Shown here piece by piece: positions 10,756-20,837 of a DNA stretch of 64,000 nucleotides. The translations under genes and the position numbers were made by a program. Within the stretch, counting starts at the first letter, position 1; each line of letters starts with the position of its first letter. The notes below the pieces were generated by a model. The model was not told the origin of the DNA, made no database searches, and saw nothing but the letters and a program-made list of their open reading frames with translations. Source of the stretch: Longimicrobiales bacterium (GTDB lineage: Bacteria > Gemmatimonadota > Gemmatimonadetes > Longimicrobiales > Gaopeijiaceae); contig OZ242008.1 of assembly GCA_965204735.1 (NCBI GenBank), positions 4,000,001 through 4,064,000 of the forward strand, in the 5' to 3' direction.

Positions 10756-11957
10756 CTAAAGCTCTCTCCGGTCGGGTGCGACAGTGCCACTCGCACTTCG
10801 AGCCTCGGATACGGCAGCAGCCACATGGCGACTTGGCGGACGGAGTCCATGGCAGCCACCAGCGGCAACGCGTCGATCAGCGCTCCTCGGCCGGTTGCGG
10901 CGTCGACCAAGTACGTTCTCGTGGACGGCTCGGCGGCGCCCGATCGCACGTCCTGGGGATTGCCTCTCAAGTACTGGAGCAGGACATGGCTGGACGCGAC
11001 GCGAGTCACGGAGACCAAGTTGTCCTGCACTTCCCTTGCCGAGAAGGAGACGGCCGCTTGTCCGTCGGCAGAGGTAGTCTCCGTGATCTTCATTTGCGCG
11101 TAGCCGTCGATTCCGACCTCCCAGGCGAGCGTTCCGTCGCGAGCATCGTATCCGCGGAGCACGGGGAGCAGCTCGAAGGCGAAGACCACGCGAACGGGAT
11201 CGCCCAAGCATGCGATTCGTCCGTCCGAGAGCTGATCCTGAACTAGCCAGCTCTCCGATCTGTACCCGCGGCCGAAGCTCCGGCGCCGCCCATTGGAAGC
11301 TGCGGAGGCGCGGTGAATGATCGCGTCGCTGGACCTCTGCCAGCCGGCCGCAAAGACCCGGTTTCCGTGCGCGCACATGCCCTCGGGGGCGAGGGACAGT
11401 TGGACGCTGGATTCGACCTGATACCCCTCTTCCGTGGGGGTGAAGACCTTGAGCGCGGCCCCGCGGTCCGCAACGGCCACTCGCCCGTTGGGCAACAACT
11501 CAAGCGCGCTGGGGTCGCGGAACTCGCCTGGTCCCTGACCCGGCTTGCCGATCGCCGCGACGAATGTCCCTCGAGAATCGAAGATGCGGACCTGGGCGTT
11601 GTGCCGGTCCAGTACGTACACGTTGCCGTGTTCGTCCAGCTCCACGTCGGCAATCAACCCGAACACGTGCGGGTCGTCGACGGCGCCGGCCCCAAGCCGA
11701 CCGATCTCGGCCACTCTCCGAACATTCAAGAGGGCGGATCGGGCATCTCGCCACTCCGAGAGCGCCTGCGGACTCATGCCGGCGGGAATCGAATCCGACG
11801 TGACCAGATAGTCCCGCCGATGCGGCAGGTTCTCGGAAGTCGGGTGGACGGTCTCCGTTTCCATGTCGCAGGCAAGCACCGAGGTTCCCATCGCCACCAG
11901 CAGGCCCTTGGCCAGCAGCAGCGACCAGGCGGTCCGTCCGGGGGGCGTTGGCGTCAT
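10752..11957 (-). CDS. 6-bladed beta-propeller (NHL-like) lipoprotein
   Basis: ATG 11957 overlaps upstream stop; lipobox VLAC; GNVYVLD, GKPGQGPGEFRDP. Confidence 0.75.
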   Translation of the reverse strand: MTPTPPGRTAWSLLLAKGLLVAMGTSVLACDMETETVHPTSENLPHRRDYLVTSDSIPAGMSPQALSEWRDARSALLNVRRVAEIGRLGAGAVDDPHVFGLIADVELDEHGNVYVLDRHNAQVRIFDSRGTFVAAIGKPGQGPGEFRDPSALELLPNGRVAVADRGAALKVFTPTEEGYQVESSVQLSLAPEGMCAHGNRVFAAGWQRSSDAIIHRASAASNGRRRSFGRGYRSESWLVQDQLSDGRIACLGDPVRVVFAFELLPVLRGYDARDGTLAWEVGIDGYAQMKITETTSADGQAAVSFSAREVQDNLVSVTRVASSHVLLQYLRGNPQDVRSGAAEPSTRTYLVDAATGRGALIDALPLVAAMDSVRQVAMWLLPYPRLEVRVALSHPTGESFR

Positions 11958-13087
11958 CCGGAGGGAGTTCTCGTCAGGTACGGCTCCACGACCTTGACGC
12001 GCAGGTCGCCGGCAGGAGTCTCGGTCACCGCGTACATGAGCTTGCTGCCGCAGACGGGAGACAGCCTTTCCTCGTGCTCGCCGACGGCGACGAGGCGGCC
12101 GGAGGACGGATCGACCACCTCGACTCGGTGGTCGAAGGTGTCGCGGTGCCAGGTGGGGCGTGGGTTGAACGGAATGCCCGGACGCCAATCCGGATCCGGC
12201 AGCAAGACGTACGTCCAAAGGAGTCCTTCGTCGTCCTCCCATACGTGGTGCAGCGCTGCCGGAGGCGGATCGGACTCGTACACGTCGGCGCTGAACTCCG
12301 GGTATGCTGGAAACCAGTCGGCTTCCCGCGCCAAAGTACGCTTCAGGGCAAGCGACCGACCGGACGCGCCCCGCACGCTCCACTCGTTGACGGCGTAGCG
12401 CCACATGCTGGCCGCCCAGAAGGTCGCTTCCATCCCGGGACGAGGGCTTGCAAGAGCTCGCTCAAGGTCCGGCTCGGCGACCATGGACGGGCCGAACGTC
12501 TCGATTTCCCGCCCGTCCGCGTCAACCAGGGCGAAGATGTCGTCGCCGGGACTCGTCACGGATCGAGCGAAGACGAAGTCTCCCGTGCCCAGACGAGCAA
12601 ACCGGCGAAACGGCGCCGGCATCTGGAAGGAGCGGACGTATTCGCCGCGAGAGGTCAGGACCTGCAACCGGTTGTTCCCGTCGTCCGCGACGAAGAGCGT
12701 GTCGCCCGGCCCTACCCAGATGCGGGCCATGCCCTGCACTTCGCCGGGGCCCTGGCCTTGGCGAACCATGGCCTTCGCGAACCGCCCGTCCGCGTCGTAG
12801 ACGAAGATGTCGCCGCCGCCTGCAACCCCGCCCAGCAAGAACTCGCCCGTGCTCAGCTGCGCGAGCATGCACCCGTCTCCCGCCGCCCTGTCCCACACCG
12901 AACCAGGGTCGTCGTCGCTTCCCAGCAACGCGACTGGCCGGAAGGCGATCTCGCAGTCGGGGCACGACATGGGCTCGTCGATCACATCCGGAGGCGCAGA
13001 CCCGTGCCCGGTCGGCGAACACGCCGCCATCGACAGCGACAGGACGATTCGCGCTGCGCGGCCCGTACACCAGCGCCCGGCCGTCAT
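11954..13087 (-). CDS. 6-bladed beta-propeller (NHL-like) lipoprotein
   Basis: Lipobox MAAC; CPDC; GQGPGEV, GDTLFVADDGNNRL. Confidence 0.75.
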   Translation of the reverse strand: MTAGRWCTGRAARIVLSLSMAACSPTGHGSAPPDVIDEPMSCPDCEIAFRPVALLGSDDDPGSVWDRAAGDGCMLAQLSTGEFLLGGVAGGGDIFVYDADGRFAKAMVRQGQGPGEVQGMARIWVGPGDTLFVADDGNNRLQVLTSRGEYVRSFQMPAPFRRFARLGTGDFVFARSVTSPGDDIFALVDADGREIETFGPSMVAEPDLERALASPRPGMEATFWAASMWRYAVNEWSVRGASGRSLALKRTLAREADWFPAYPEFSADVYESDPPPAALHHVWEDDEGLLWTYVLLPDPDWRPGIPFNPRPTWHRDTFDHRVEVVDPSSGRLVAVGEHEERLSPVCGSKLMYAVTETPAGDLRVKVVEPYLTRTPSG

Positions 13088-13164
13088 GTTCCCTCCCCTG
13101 ACTTGAAGTTCTGCCGCACTGTTGCGGCTACCCTGGAAACGCAGGTCGGGTCAGGTGTGCTGGG

Positions 13165-14007
13165 TCACTTTCCGCCAACCCGGGCGGCGTGGATGCGGGC
13201 TTGCTTCCGCGCGGCAAGGGCTCGAAGGATCGCCATGGCCACTTCTCCCACGCCTCCTTGCTTCCGTATCTCCGACGGAGGAGCGCCCAGGGTGCGACGC
13301 ACCAGCCGGCGGTAGTTGGCGTAGTCGGAGAAGCCGATGGCGAGGGCCACGGCGCCCGAGGGTTGCCCGCTCCACTCCGCCAAGCGTTCCACGGTGAAGA
13401 TGCGGCCCAGGGCAAGGAGACGCCCGGGAGTCGGAACGCCCAGCGCGGCGCACCGCCGCCACAGCGTCCTTTGGGAGAGTCCGAGTTCGGCGGCGAGTTC
13501 CGGCACCGAGCACGGAGCCACCGCCAGTCCGAGGACGCAGGCGAAGGTCTCTTCCGTCTGCCGGTCCGCGCGGCGGCCGATTTCGTCGAGCAGTCGCCGG
13601 ACCCTGCGCGCGCCAGCGGCCCGCAGCACGGCCGACTCGACAGCGGCAAGGTCGTCGCCGGCCCCCGGCTGGAGAACCGCCGCGACCGAATACCCGCCGT
13701 CTTGCACGCGCCAAGCCCGAAGCGCGGACGGCTCTCCGTAGCAGACCAGGGAGACCGACGAGCCCCGGAGCACGCGGATCGAATCGGCCGAGGTCGGGTC
13801 CGCGTCGCCGGCAAAGGCCGGGTCGACGACGGCGGGCGAGCGGGGGTGCGCCGCGACGAGCTCTCCCAGTTCCTGCCAGCCGGAGGCGAAGACGGCCGGG
13901 CCGACAATGCGCGACGCCGGCCCACTTCCTGCGACTGCCCGGAGGCGGTAGCGTGCGTCCGCGTCGCCGTGGAGCGCCAGAAGCGGCGGCGGGGCTTGGC
14001 GGCTCAA
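13165..14007 (-). CDS. AraC-family HTH transcriptional regulator
   Basis: C-terminal SVPELAAELGLSQRTLWRR and VALAIGFSDYANYRR...GAPPSEIR; TTG start overlapping upstream TGA is inferred. Confidence 0.75.
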   Translation of the reverse strand: MSRQAPPPLLALHGDADARYRLRAVAGSGPASRIVGPAVFASGWQELGELVAAHPRSPAVVDPAFAGDADPTSADSIRVLRGSSVSLVCYGEPSALRAWRVQDGGYSVAAVLQPGAGDDLAAVESAVLRAAGARRVRRLLDEIGRRADRQTEETFACVLGLAVAPCSVPELAAELGLSQRTLWRRCAALGVPTPGRLLALGRIFTVERLAEWSGQPSGAVALAIGFSDYANYRRLVRRTLGAPPSEIRKQGGVGEVAMAILRALAARKQARIHAARVGGK

Positions 14008-15215
14008 GCAGAAGCCGTTGCCGAAAGCGGGGTCGGCCGACGCTTGGCGAGCAGGACGGTGGCCGCGCTCCCCAGCAATCCCAGCAGAGCTGCAGCCCCT
14101 GCGTTGGGGGATGTCCCGCCCACCAACCCGAAGAAGAGGAGCCCAACGGTCAGGCAAGCCCACGAAACGCCGAACTCTCCCAGCGGCGCGACGTCGACGT
14201 TCGGCGGCCAAGCCCACACGCGCCGACGGGTCTGCGTCGGTGCAGGCGCTGGCGCCGGGGCCGCGTTGAGTGCGACCCGAACGATCTCGTCCACCTTGTG
14301 CTCGGGGAGCGCCGCGCCACGGACCAAGGCTCGCCGGAGGCCGGTCAAGAATCGGAACATCTCGGCTTCGGCCTCGTTGTCGAGGACGACGTCGCGCCCT
14401 GCGTCGTCGCCGCCCTCGCGGTCGTCGGTCTTCACCGCGGCCGTGATCAATCGATCCATCGCCGCCATGTCCAGCGGGCGAGACCGGGTCGCGCGGCCCG
14501 GCGCCGGAAGGAGATCGCGGAGCTCGTAGCCCTGCATCCGCAAGAGGCGCCAAGTCGCAACAAGGGGCACGGTCAGGGGAAGGAGCAGCAAGAGCCACGC
14601 CACCGAAACGCCGTAGCGACCGACCAACGCCCCGGCGCCCATCACGGGAAACCAGAACACGGCGACCAGCGCCAAGCAGGCGACCCACCGAACAAGTTGG
14701 CGGCGCCAACGGGGGAGCCGTCGCGTGCGCTGCCCGACCAGAGCGCCCGCTACTCCCGACAGCAAGACGAAGAAGCCTATGGCAACGGGTACCACGACCA
14801 TGACCTCCGTGAAGTTGACAGGATGACTGGGCAGACCCGCTGCAGTGCGCATGCTGTAAAGGACAAGGTCCGACGCGATTGGGCCGAATCCGCTCAAGAG
14901 CCAAGCGCCCAGCGCCATGGCGACGAGGCGGCTCCAGTCGTGCTTGCGGCTGCCCGGAGCCGTTTCGTCGAATGGTTCGAAGGACGAAAGGGCCGCGGCG
15001 AAGACGGCCGGTGGCACCAGCAGCGAGAGCACGATGCTCGCCGAGCCCCCGCTCATGACGATCCTGTCGGGAACCGGCACGCTGGACCGGAAGCCGTGGA
15101 CGAGGTTCTGGAGCGCGTAAAGCCCGTACAGCGCGGCCAACTTCAGGAAGATGGACGCCGCCCGCTGCCCGAAGTCGTGCCTGAACGAGCCGGGACGACT
15201 ACGCATCGCCGCCAC
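14004..15215 (-). CDS. multi-pass membrane protein (possible anti-sigma factor or sensor)
   Basis: Several hydrophobic segments around a charged loop; lies directly downstream of an ECF sigma gene. Confidence 0.6.
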   Translation of the reverse strand: MAAMRSRPGSFRHDFGQRAASIFLKLAALYGLYALQNLVHGFRSSVPVPDRIVMSGGSASIVLSLLVPPAVFAAALSSFEPFDETAPGSRKHDWSRLVAMALGAWLLSGFGPIASDLVLYSMRTAAGLPSHPVNFTEVMVVVPVAIGFFVLLSGVAGALVGQRTRRLPRWRRQLVRWVACLALVAVFWFPVMGAGALVGRYGVSVAWLLLLLPLTVPLVATWRLLRMQGYELRDLLPAPGRATRSRPLDMAAMDRLITAAVKTDDREGGDDAGRDVVLDNEAEAEMFRFLTGLRRALVRGAALPEHKVDEIVRVALNAAPAPAPAPTQTRRRVWAWPPNVDVAPLGEFGVSWACLTVGLLFFGLVGGTSPNAGAAALLGLLGSAATVLLAKRRPTPLSATASA

Positions 15216-15269
15216 GTACCCTGACCGCCGCGCGCCCCAGTTCCCGATGGGTCGTTTTCCGCCAACACT

Positions 15270-15908
15270 TCATCGCGTCAGCCATTCTCGAAGCTCCTCC
15301 CGCTTGTGGAGCTTGTAGGTGGCCCGGTGCACCAACCTGCGCACGGACGCCGGCGACACGTGAAGGGCTGCCGCGACCTCGGCCGTCGACCTTCCTTCGC
15401 AGTGCGTGAGCACGATCGCTTCCCGTTCCCGCTCAGGCAGCGTTCCCAGGGCTTCCCAGACCGCCTGCTGAAGCTGGCGTTGACGGAAGAGCTCCTCGGG
15501 ATCCGGTCCGCCGCCGGCGAGTTCGCCCAAGCCGTCCAGCGACACGGCAGCGGGTTGGCGAGCGCGTTTCTTGGCGCGGTACAGATCCTTGCAGTGGTTG
15601 AGGCTCACGACGACCGCCCAACCCGTGAAGGAGGACAAGCTGGCCGTGCCGTCGGAGTCGAGGCTGGAGAACTTGTCGATCTGGTTCACGACGCGGATCC
15701 AGCACTTCTGCGAGAGGTCGTCGGCGTCCGCATCGTCGGTCGCGAAAGTGCGAACGGCGCCGCGGAGGTTCGGTGCCGCCAAGCGGACCACGCGTGCCCA
15801 TTCTGCCCGGTCCCGCTCCTGCAACCGGGCAACATCCACCCTCTCGTCGTCCCGCTCTTGCCTGGCGGCGCCGTCCGGCTTCTCCCCGCGGTCGTTGCGT
15901 CGCTTCAC
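15270..15908 (-). CDS. ECF RNA polymerase sigma factor
   Basis: DADDLSQKCWI region 2, FTGWAVVVSLNHC, region 4 LPEREREAIVL...STAEVAAAL. Confidence 0.85.
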   Translation of the reverse strand: MKRRNDRGEKPDGAARQERDDERVDVARLQERDRAEWARVVRLAAPNLRGAVRTFATDDADADDLSQKCWIRVVNQIDKFSSLDSDGTASLSSFTGWAVVVSLNHCKDLYRAKKRARQPAAVSLDGLGELAGGGPDPEELFRQRQLQQAVWEALGTLPEREREAIVLTHCEGRSTAEVAAALHVSPASVRRLVHRATYKLHKREELREWLTR

Positions 15909-16031
15909 CGGAAGCCTCTCCGCTCGTCGGGATCAGCCCAGTCGGATCCTCCCAGCCCGCGAGGCAGCTTGGGACGCTCGACGACCGCCGGCAAGCGGCC
16001 GCAATGGCGGGCGCAGCCGCCCCGACGCCAG

Positions 16032-17288
16032 TCATCGCGACTCCACCACCTGGTAGACGTCCACGTGGCCGAGGCCAAGGCTGTCGCGACGGGCGGTCGC
16101 CAGTCGTCCCTCCAGGCCGAACGCGGGCGCCGTGGACCGTTCCGGCGCAAGCATGGCGCCCACCAGCGCGCCGGTGGAATCGTAGACTTCCCACCGGTTG
16201 CCGGCAGCTCGCACGACCTCCACCCACAGGCGGCCGTCGGGCGCGACGAAGAGGTCCTCGACGAAGGGCATTGCGACAGGCTTGTCCGGCCTGCGCGGCT
16301 CGCAGGCGGCGCTGGGGTTTTCGTCCAGGAAGGCGTAGTACTCCTCGTTGCCCGCCTCCCACTCCTCGTCGGACACCGGTTCCGCGGGCAGCTCCCGCTC
16401 GATGATCCGCACCGTGTCCGCGCCATGCGTGACTGCAATCCGGTACTGGTCGGTCACGGCCGAGTAGATCCTGCCGCCGGGTGCGGGGTGCTGCACGATT
16501 CTGGGGGCGAAGGGGATGGGATAGCTGCGCAGCATCGTTTCGCTGGTGCACCTGATGCCGCTGACCGTGCCCTCCGGCGCGCTCAGGATCGGAAGGGTGT
16601 CCCCCGTGGGTCCCGCGTCGTCGTGGCCGGCGAAGATCATGTCGCCCCTGGCGGGAGAGTAGGTCAGCACGAACGCCTGGTTCGCCAAGACGGGGTAGAG
16701 ACGAAGGGTGCCGCCTCCGCCGCCGATTCCGCCGAACTCGCTGCGCTGGCCCAGCCATTCGCCGCCGGGCGAGAACTCGCCGACCCGTCCGACGCCGAAG
16801 TCCAGCGTCAGCAGCTTGCTTCCCACCCAGGCAAGGGAGTTGAGGTTGCGAAACTCCCCCGGTCCCTCGCCCTGGCGTCCAAAGGTGCGAAGGTGCTCGC
16901 CGGATGAGCCGAAGACCCGGACTTCGCGGTTCAGGCCGTCGGCCACGAAGATGTCGCCGCCGGCTCCGAAGGCGATTCCGTAGACGGAGCCGAACGCCTC
17001 TGGGGTGTCCGAATCGAGTGCCGACCTGGGTCCGATGGAGAGGGTCGGGGCCAGCTCCCACTCCGGGGGCTCGCCGGTGTTGGAGATGTGCACGACGCCG
17101 CCTACGGTGTCGACGCGGGCTGCGAATTCGCTGCCCTCGTCCGCCGGGTCGCCTCCGCAGGTCGCGGCCAGCATGGCTCCAGCCAGTGCCGGTAAGAAGG
17201 CCGCGCAAGTTCGGCAAGCCTTGGGGTTGCGCGTGCGGCTCGGCCGCCTGCTGCCGGCGTCGTTGCGCGATCGGTTGGTCGCGCTCAT
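16032..17288 (-). CDS. 6-bladed beta-propeller (NHL-like) lipoprotein
   Basis: ATG 17288 overlaps upstream stop; lipobox LAATC; GDIFVAD, FGRQGEGPGEF, PDGRLWV. Confidence 0.8.
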   Translation of the reverse strand: MSATNRSRNDAGSRRPSRTRNPKACRTCAAFLPALAGAMLAATCGGDPADEGSEFAARVDTVGGVVHISNTGEPPEWELAPTLSIGPRSALDSDTPEAFGSVYGIAFGAGGDIFVADGLNREVRVFGSSGEHLRTFGRQGEGPGEFRNLNSLAWVGSKLLTLDFGVGRVGEFSPGGEWLGQRSEFGGIGGGGGTLRLYPVLANQAFVLTYSPARGDMIFAGHDDAGPTGDTLPILSAPEGTVSGIRCTSETMLRSYPIPFAPRIVQHPAPGGRIYSAVTDQYRIAVTHGADTVRIIERELPAEPVSDEEWEAGNEEYYAFLDENPSAACEPRRPDKPVAMPFVEDLFVAPDGRLWVEVVRAAGNRWEVYDSTGALVGAMLAPERSTAPAFGLEGRLATARRDSLGLGHVDVYQVVESR

Positions 17289-18496
17289 TGCTGGTTGCCT
17301 CGGAGGAAGGGTGGAATGTTCCATTCGCGGATGACAGGATAGGGGTTTTCCACGTACCCCCAAAGCTGGTCGTCGTCGTCGGAAACGGCAAACGCCAGCA
17401 CGTCGTGGTCGAGCTCGAATGCCCGCAGGAAGCGGCCCTCCCAGTCGTACTGGTGCAGCTCGGTGGTCTCGTGCCGTGGCTCGTTCATGCGACGCCCGCT
17501 CCACCGAAGGTAGAAGAAGCGTTGTGTGCCGTAGGCCTCTGCGTAGCCGTACTGGCTGTCCTCTTCCCAGAAGAACCGGTTGTCGGCGACGTGAAATCGG
17601 GCGTCCACGTCGTAGGGTCCTCGCGCCCTGCCGACTATGGCCCCGGTGGTCGAGAAGACGTCGATCTGGTTGCCGAATTGGTATGCCAGGACAAACATGC
17701 CGGCGGCCGGCCGAAGTGCCATGAAGCTTCGGTTGGCGAACCGCAGTCCGGCGCCATGGGAGACGTCCTGCTCGGTGAACGGCTGCGGACCGGTGAAGCG
17801 TCTGATCGATGTGATGCGGCCTGTTTCGGCGATCTTCGCCTTGAGGAAGGGAAACCCGTAGTAGACGCCCTGAATCAGCACCTCGGACGGTCCTGTCCAG
17901 ATCGGGGTCTCCGGCCACCAGGGGACGCCGGCCAAGGACCGCTCTTCGACGATCGAGGGCGAGCCGTCGAGCGAGACGGCGGTCCAGCGAACGTTGCGAA
18001 AGTCGAATACCCAGCGGACGGTCGGCTTCTCCGGGTCGGGGGCGACCATGTGGGGCGCCTGGAACTCGCCCGGACCTTCGCCGTCTCGGCCGAGGCGTGC
18101 CGTCACCTTGCCAGTGGCGATGTCGATCACGGAAATGTGAGGGTCCGTCAGCTCGTCGCCTACAAGCAGCAGGGGACCGGCGGTTGCTATCACCGTGACC
18201 AAGCCGAAGTCTTCGCGGGTCCCCAGCTGACGGCTCGAGGCTATCGACGCGATAGGTCGTTCCGGCGCGGCGGGCCTCCGCCGCTCCCATTCCGGAACGC
18301 CGAAGGAAACGGCCTGATCGTCGGCGACTAGACCTTCACCGACCAGTGCGGCGCCGGGGGCGAACGCCGACTCCACTGGCTCCGTCGCAGCTCCGGCAGC
18401 AGGCGCGAAAAGCTGCAGGCCAGCGACGAGGACTCGCGACGGCGGCACCGTCATGACGTGGCGACGGATGAAGAGGAGTCCTTTGAACATCTTCAC
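17285..18496 (-). CDS. TolB-like 6-bladed beta-propeller protein
   Basis: LGRDGEGPGEF, HQYDWEGRFL, FAVSDDDDQLW; alternative start at 18454. Confidence 0.7.
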   Translation of the reverse strand: MKMFKGLLFIRRHVMTVPPSRVLVAGLQLFAPAAGAATEPVESAFAPGAALVGEGLVADDQAVSFGVPEWERRRPAAPERPIASIASSRQLGTREDFGLVTVIATAGPLLLVGDELTDPHISVIDIATGKVTARLGRDGEGPGEFQAPHMVAPDPEKPTVRWVFDFRNVRWTAVSLDGSPSIVEERSLAGVPWWPETPIWTGPSEVLIQGVYYGFPFLKAKIAETGRITSIRRFTGPQPFTEQDVSHGAGLRFANRSFMALRPAAGMFVLAYQFGNQIDVFSTTGAIVGRARGPYDVDARFHVADNRFFWEEDSQYGYAEAYGTQRFFYLRWSGRRMNEPRHETTELHQYDWEGRFLRAFELDHDVLAFAVSDDDDQLWGYVENPYPVIREWNIPPFLRGNQQ

Positions 18497-18697
18497 GACG
18501 CTTGCCCCTTCCGGTGACGAGCCAGCTTCGCGGAGCTATTCCGCGCGCGCTGCCCACTTGTCGGGTGATCACCCCGAGAACGCCGGAAGCGGGAAGCCCA
18601 ATGGGTCATTTTCCGCCAGCCCGGGCGGAGGCGGCCGAGGCACCTGGAAGGACGGGCTTGCCGGGCGACGTGCAACCCCGGCATGGCCGCCCACGCT

Positions 18698-19864
18698 TCA
18701 CCGACTCACGTCGTGGGCTGCAAGTGTGGGAACGTCGTGGTCGTCGACCGAAGCCACCAGTATCCGATCCGACGACACAAATGCTATGGGAAAGGGTGAA
18801 TCGGGAGGAAGGGTACCCATGTACTCTCCGTCGTCCGCGAATACGTCGATCAGCCGTCCCTCGTCCCTTACCGTTCCCCGCAATACCCAGATGCCCCCAT
18901 CAGGTGCAACCGCTACGCCGGCGACAGCCTGCAAGTACTCACTGAACCCCAGCGTATGCACAGCTTCGTCTGCCGACACTTCGCAACCACGCCATACGGC
19001 ATGTCCTTCGGCTTCCCTCAACGCCATTGCCCTGCTCACTCGCCGCGCCCCAATCGGCCGCCGGACTTCCATGGTCAGTTGAAGATCATCAAAGACATGG
19101 ATCGCGTACTCCCGATCGCTCGCGACAGCAAGGCGGGTACCGTGGTCATGCCAGGGCATGCTCGGCGAGAACAACCGGTACGTTACTATCCCTCCCAGGC
19201 CGCACGTCGGGAACTCGACTACTGGCATGCCGATGGTCGGGCCAGACCTTATTCGCCTTGTTTCGCCACCTGACCGCCAGACCAAGTGCGGTATGCCATT
19301 TCGCTCTGTTTCCGCGTAACTGGGAAGAAACTCCATTGCCGCATACACAAAGCCGTTGCGCACAACCATGAGATTGTCCGCTATCATCATTGCCGACGCC
19401 CGGTCAAAGACGCCTGGGCTCATCGCGGGCAGGCGCCAACGAACAAAGCCTCGCATGTTGTCATACACCGCGAGTATGCTGTCGCCACCCACGGCCAGCG
19501 CCCTCGCGTTCTGCACCTCTCCTGGACCTCCTCCTCGCCTTCCTACTGTGGCGATCAAGGCGGCGTCCTGGCCCGCCAATACGACCACCCTTGAGAGTTG
19601 ATCCTGAAGGACATATACGTTGCCGAGTTTATCAGCGTCGACCCTCGCCGGCGTGAACGGAGAGACATCACCAAGCAACGTGTCTGCGTAACCACCAACA
19701 AGCCACTGCTGTTCAAAGCGCCAGGGCAGTGCGGCGTCTTCCGCAGGCCCCTGAACTACCGGAACCGAAGCCGGCCGGTCTCGGTCTTGTGCCCGCAACT
19801 GCGGCACTGCCACGGCGAGGACTTGCGCCATAGCGGCGAGCAGCACTCGCATCGAGCAGCTCAT
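18698..19864 (-). CDS. secreted 6-bladed beta-propeller (NHL-like) protein
   Basis: Signal peptide ending LRAQ; GNVYVLQD, GRRGGGPGEV, PDGGIWV, DVFADDGEYMG. Confidence 0.75.
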   Translation of the reverse strand: MSCSMRVLLAAMAQVLAVAVPQLRAQDRDRPASVPVVQGPAEDAALPWRFEQQWLVGGYADTLLGDVSPFTPARVDADKLGNVYVLQDQLSRVVVLAGQDAALIATVGRRGGGPGEVQNARALAVGGDSILAVYDNMRGFVRWRLPAMSPGVFDRASAMMIADNLMVVRNGFVYAAMEFLPSYAETERNGIPHLVWRSGGETRRIRSGPTIGMPVVEFPTCGLGGIVTYRLFSPSMPWHDHGTRLAVASDREYAIHVFDDLQLTMEVRRPIGARRVSRAMALREAEGHAVWRGCEVSADEAVHTLGFSEYLQAVAGVAVAPDGGIWVLRGTVRDEGRLIDVFADDGEYMGTLPPDSPFPIAFVSSDRILVASVDDHDVPTLAAHDVSR

Positions 19865-19869
19865 TAGAT

Positions 19870-20493
19870 TTAGAACTCCCTGCAGCTCACATGGCCGTGG
19901 ACGTCCCAGTGTCCCTCCATGTCGTCGGACCGCTCATGCTCCTCCGCTTCGTACATGAAGTGCATTTCGTACTCGGCGTCCACTTCGTGGCCACACTCTT
20001 CTGAACCTTCCTTGGCCATGCATTCGCCGAAGCTGTTCCATGCCCGGGCCCTGTTGAACCCGTTCTTGCTGGAGTAGTCGTGAATCACGCAAGCCGGATC
20101 CGTGCCATATCCCTGCGCCTCGCTCTGGGGCCAGAAGGACGGAGGCCAAGACCCGAAATCGTAAACGTAGAGTACATGCCTTCGGCCTAACGGCACCCGA
20201 CGGACGATATCCAGCCAAATGCTGATCGGATCGATGTCTTCCGCGGCCGTTGTGACAAAGATCCCATGACTCGATCGCTCAAGGCTGTCGACGACACGCT
20301 GAACGGTACTGGCGTGAACAGCCATCAGCGCCTCGCTTCGTGAACTCTCGCCAACACTCTGCAATGGGGACGCGGCCCCACTGTCCGACCGACAAGCAAG
20401 CGACGAAAGAAGGAGCGACAGCACGAGGCAGCAGAAACCCGGCCCAGGCTTGGTCCTCATGCGCCGGAACGTTCTGCTGGACGGCGCCTTCAC
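19870..20493 (-). CDS. hypothetical lipoprotein with Cys/His/acidic C-terminal domain
   Basis: Lipobox SLAC; four C-terminal Cys; first gene of the propeller operon; alternative start 20460. Confidence 0.55.
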   Translation of the reverse strand: MKAPSSRTFRRMRTKPGPGFCCLVLSLLLSSLACRSDSGAASPLQSVGESSRSEALMAVHASTVQRVVDSLERSSHGIFVTTAAEDIDPISIWLDIVRRVPLGRRHVLYVYDFGSWPPSFWPQSEAQGYGTDPACVIHDYSSKNGFNRARAWNSFGECMAKEGSEECGHEVDAEYEMHFMYEAEEHERSDDMEGHWDVHGHVSCREF

Positions 20494-20837
20494 AGCGTGG
20501 CCGATGGTCGTGCGGGGTGTCGTTCCATGCGACGCGCACCGCAGCCACGGCGTCCTCTGGGAGAGCCCGATCTTGGCGGCCAGATGTGCCTCCTGTGGCT
20601 GGTTGTGACGAACGGCCTGATCTTGGTCCCTCGTCCAACAAGTCCCTACGAGATGTGAATTGGTGCATCTTGTGGGGCACCGCAGTAGGCTGCCACCGGC
20701 GTCATTTCTGTTGACCCCCCCCGCCGAACGAGGACTACCTTCTGCGAGCCCCGGGCAGCGCGGATCGTTCGCAGCAATCGGGGAGGGGATTCCGGTTTGG
20801 CCGCTCCGTAGGGGGAACTAGCCAGGATGTCGTTGAC

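Noticed and set aside
18493..18684. 63-aa ORF in the gap between propeller genes
   Set aside because: Arg-rich, with no signal peptide or clear RBS; cannot be supported
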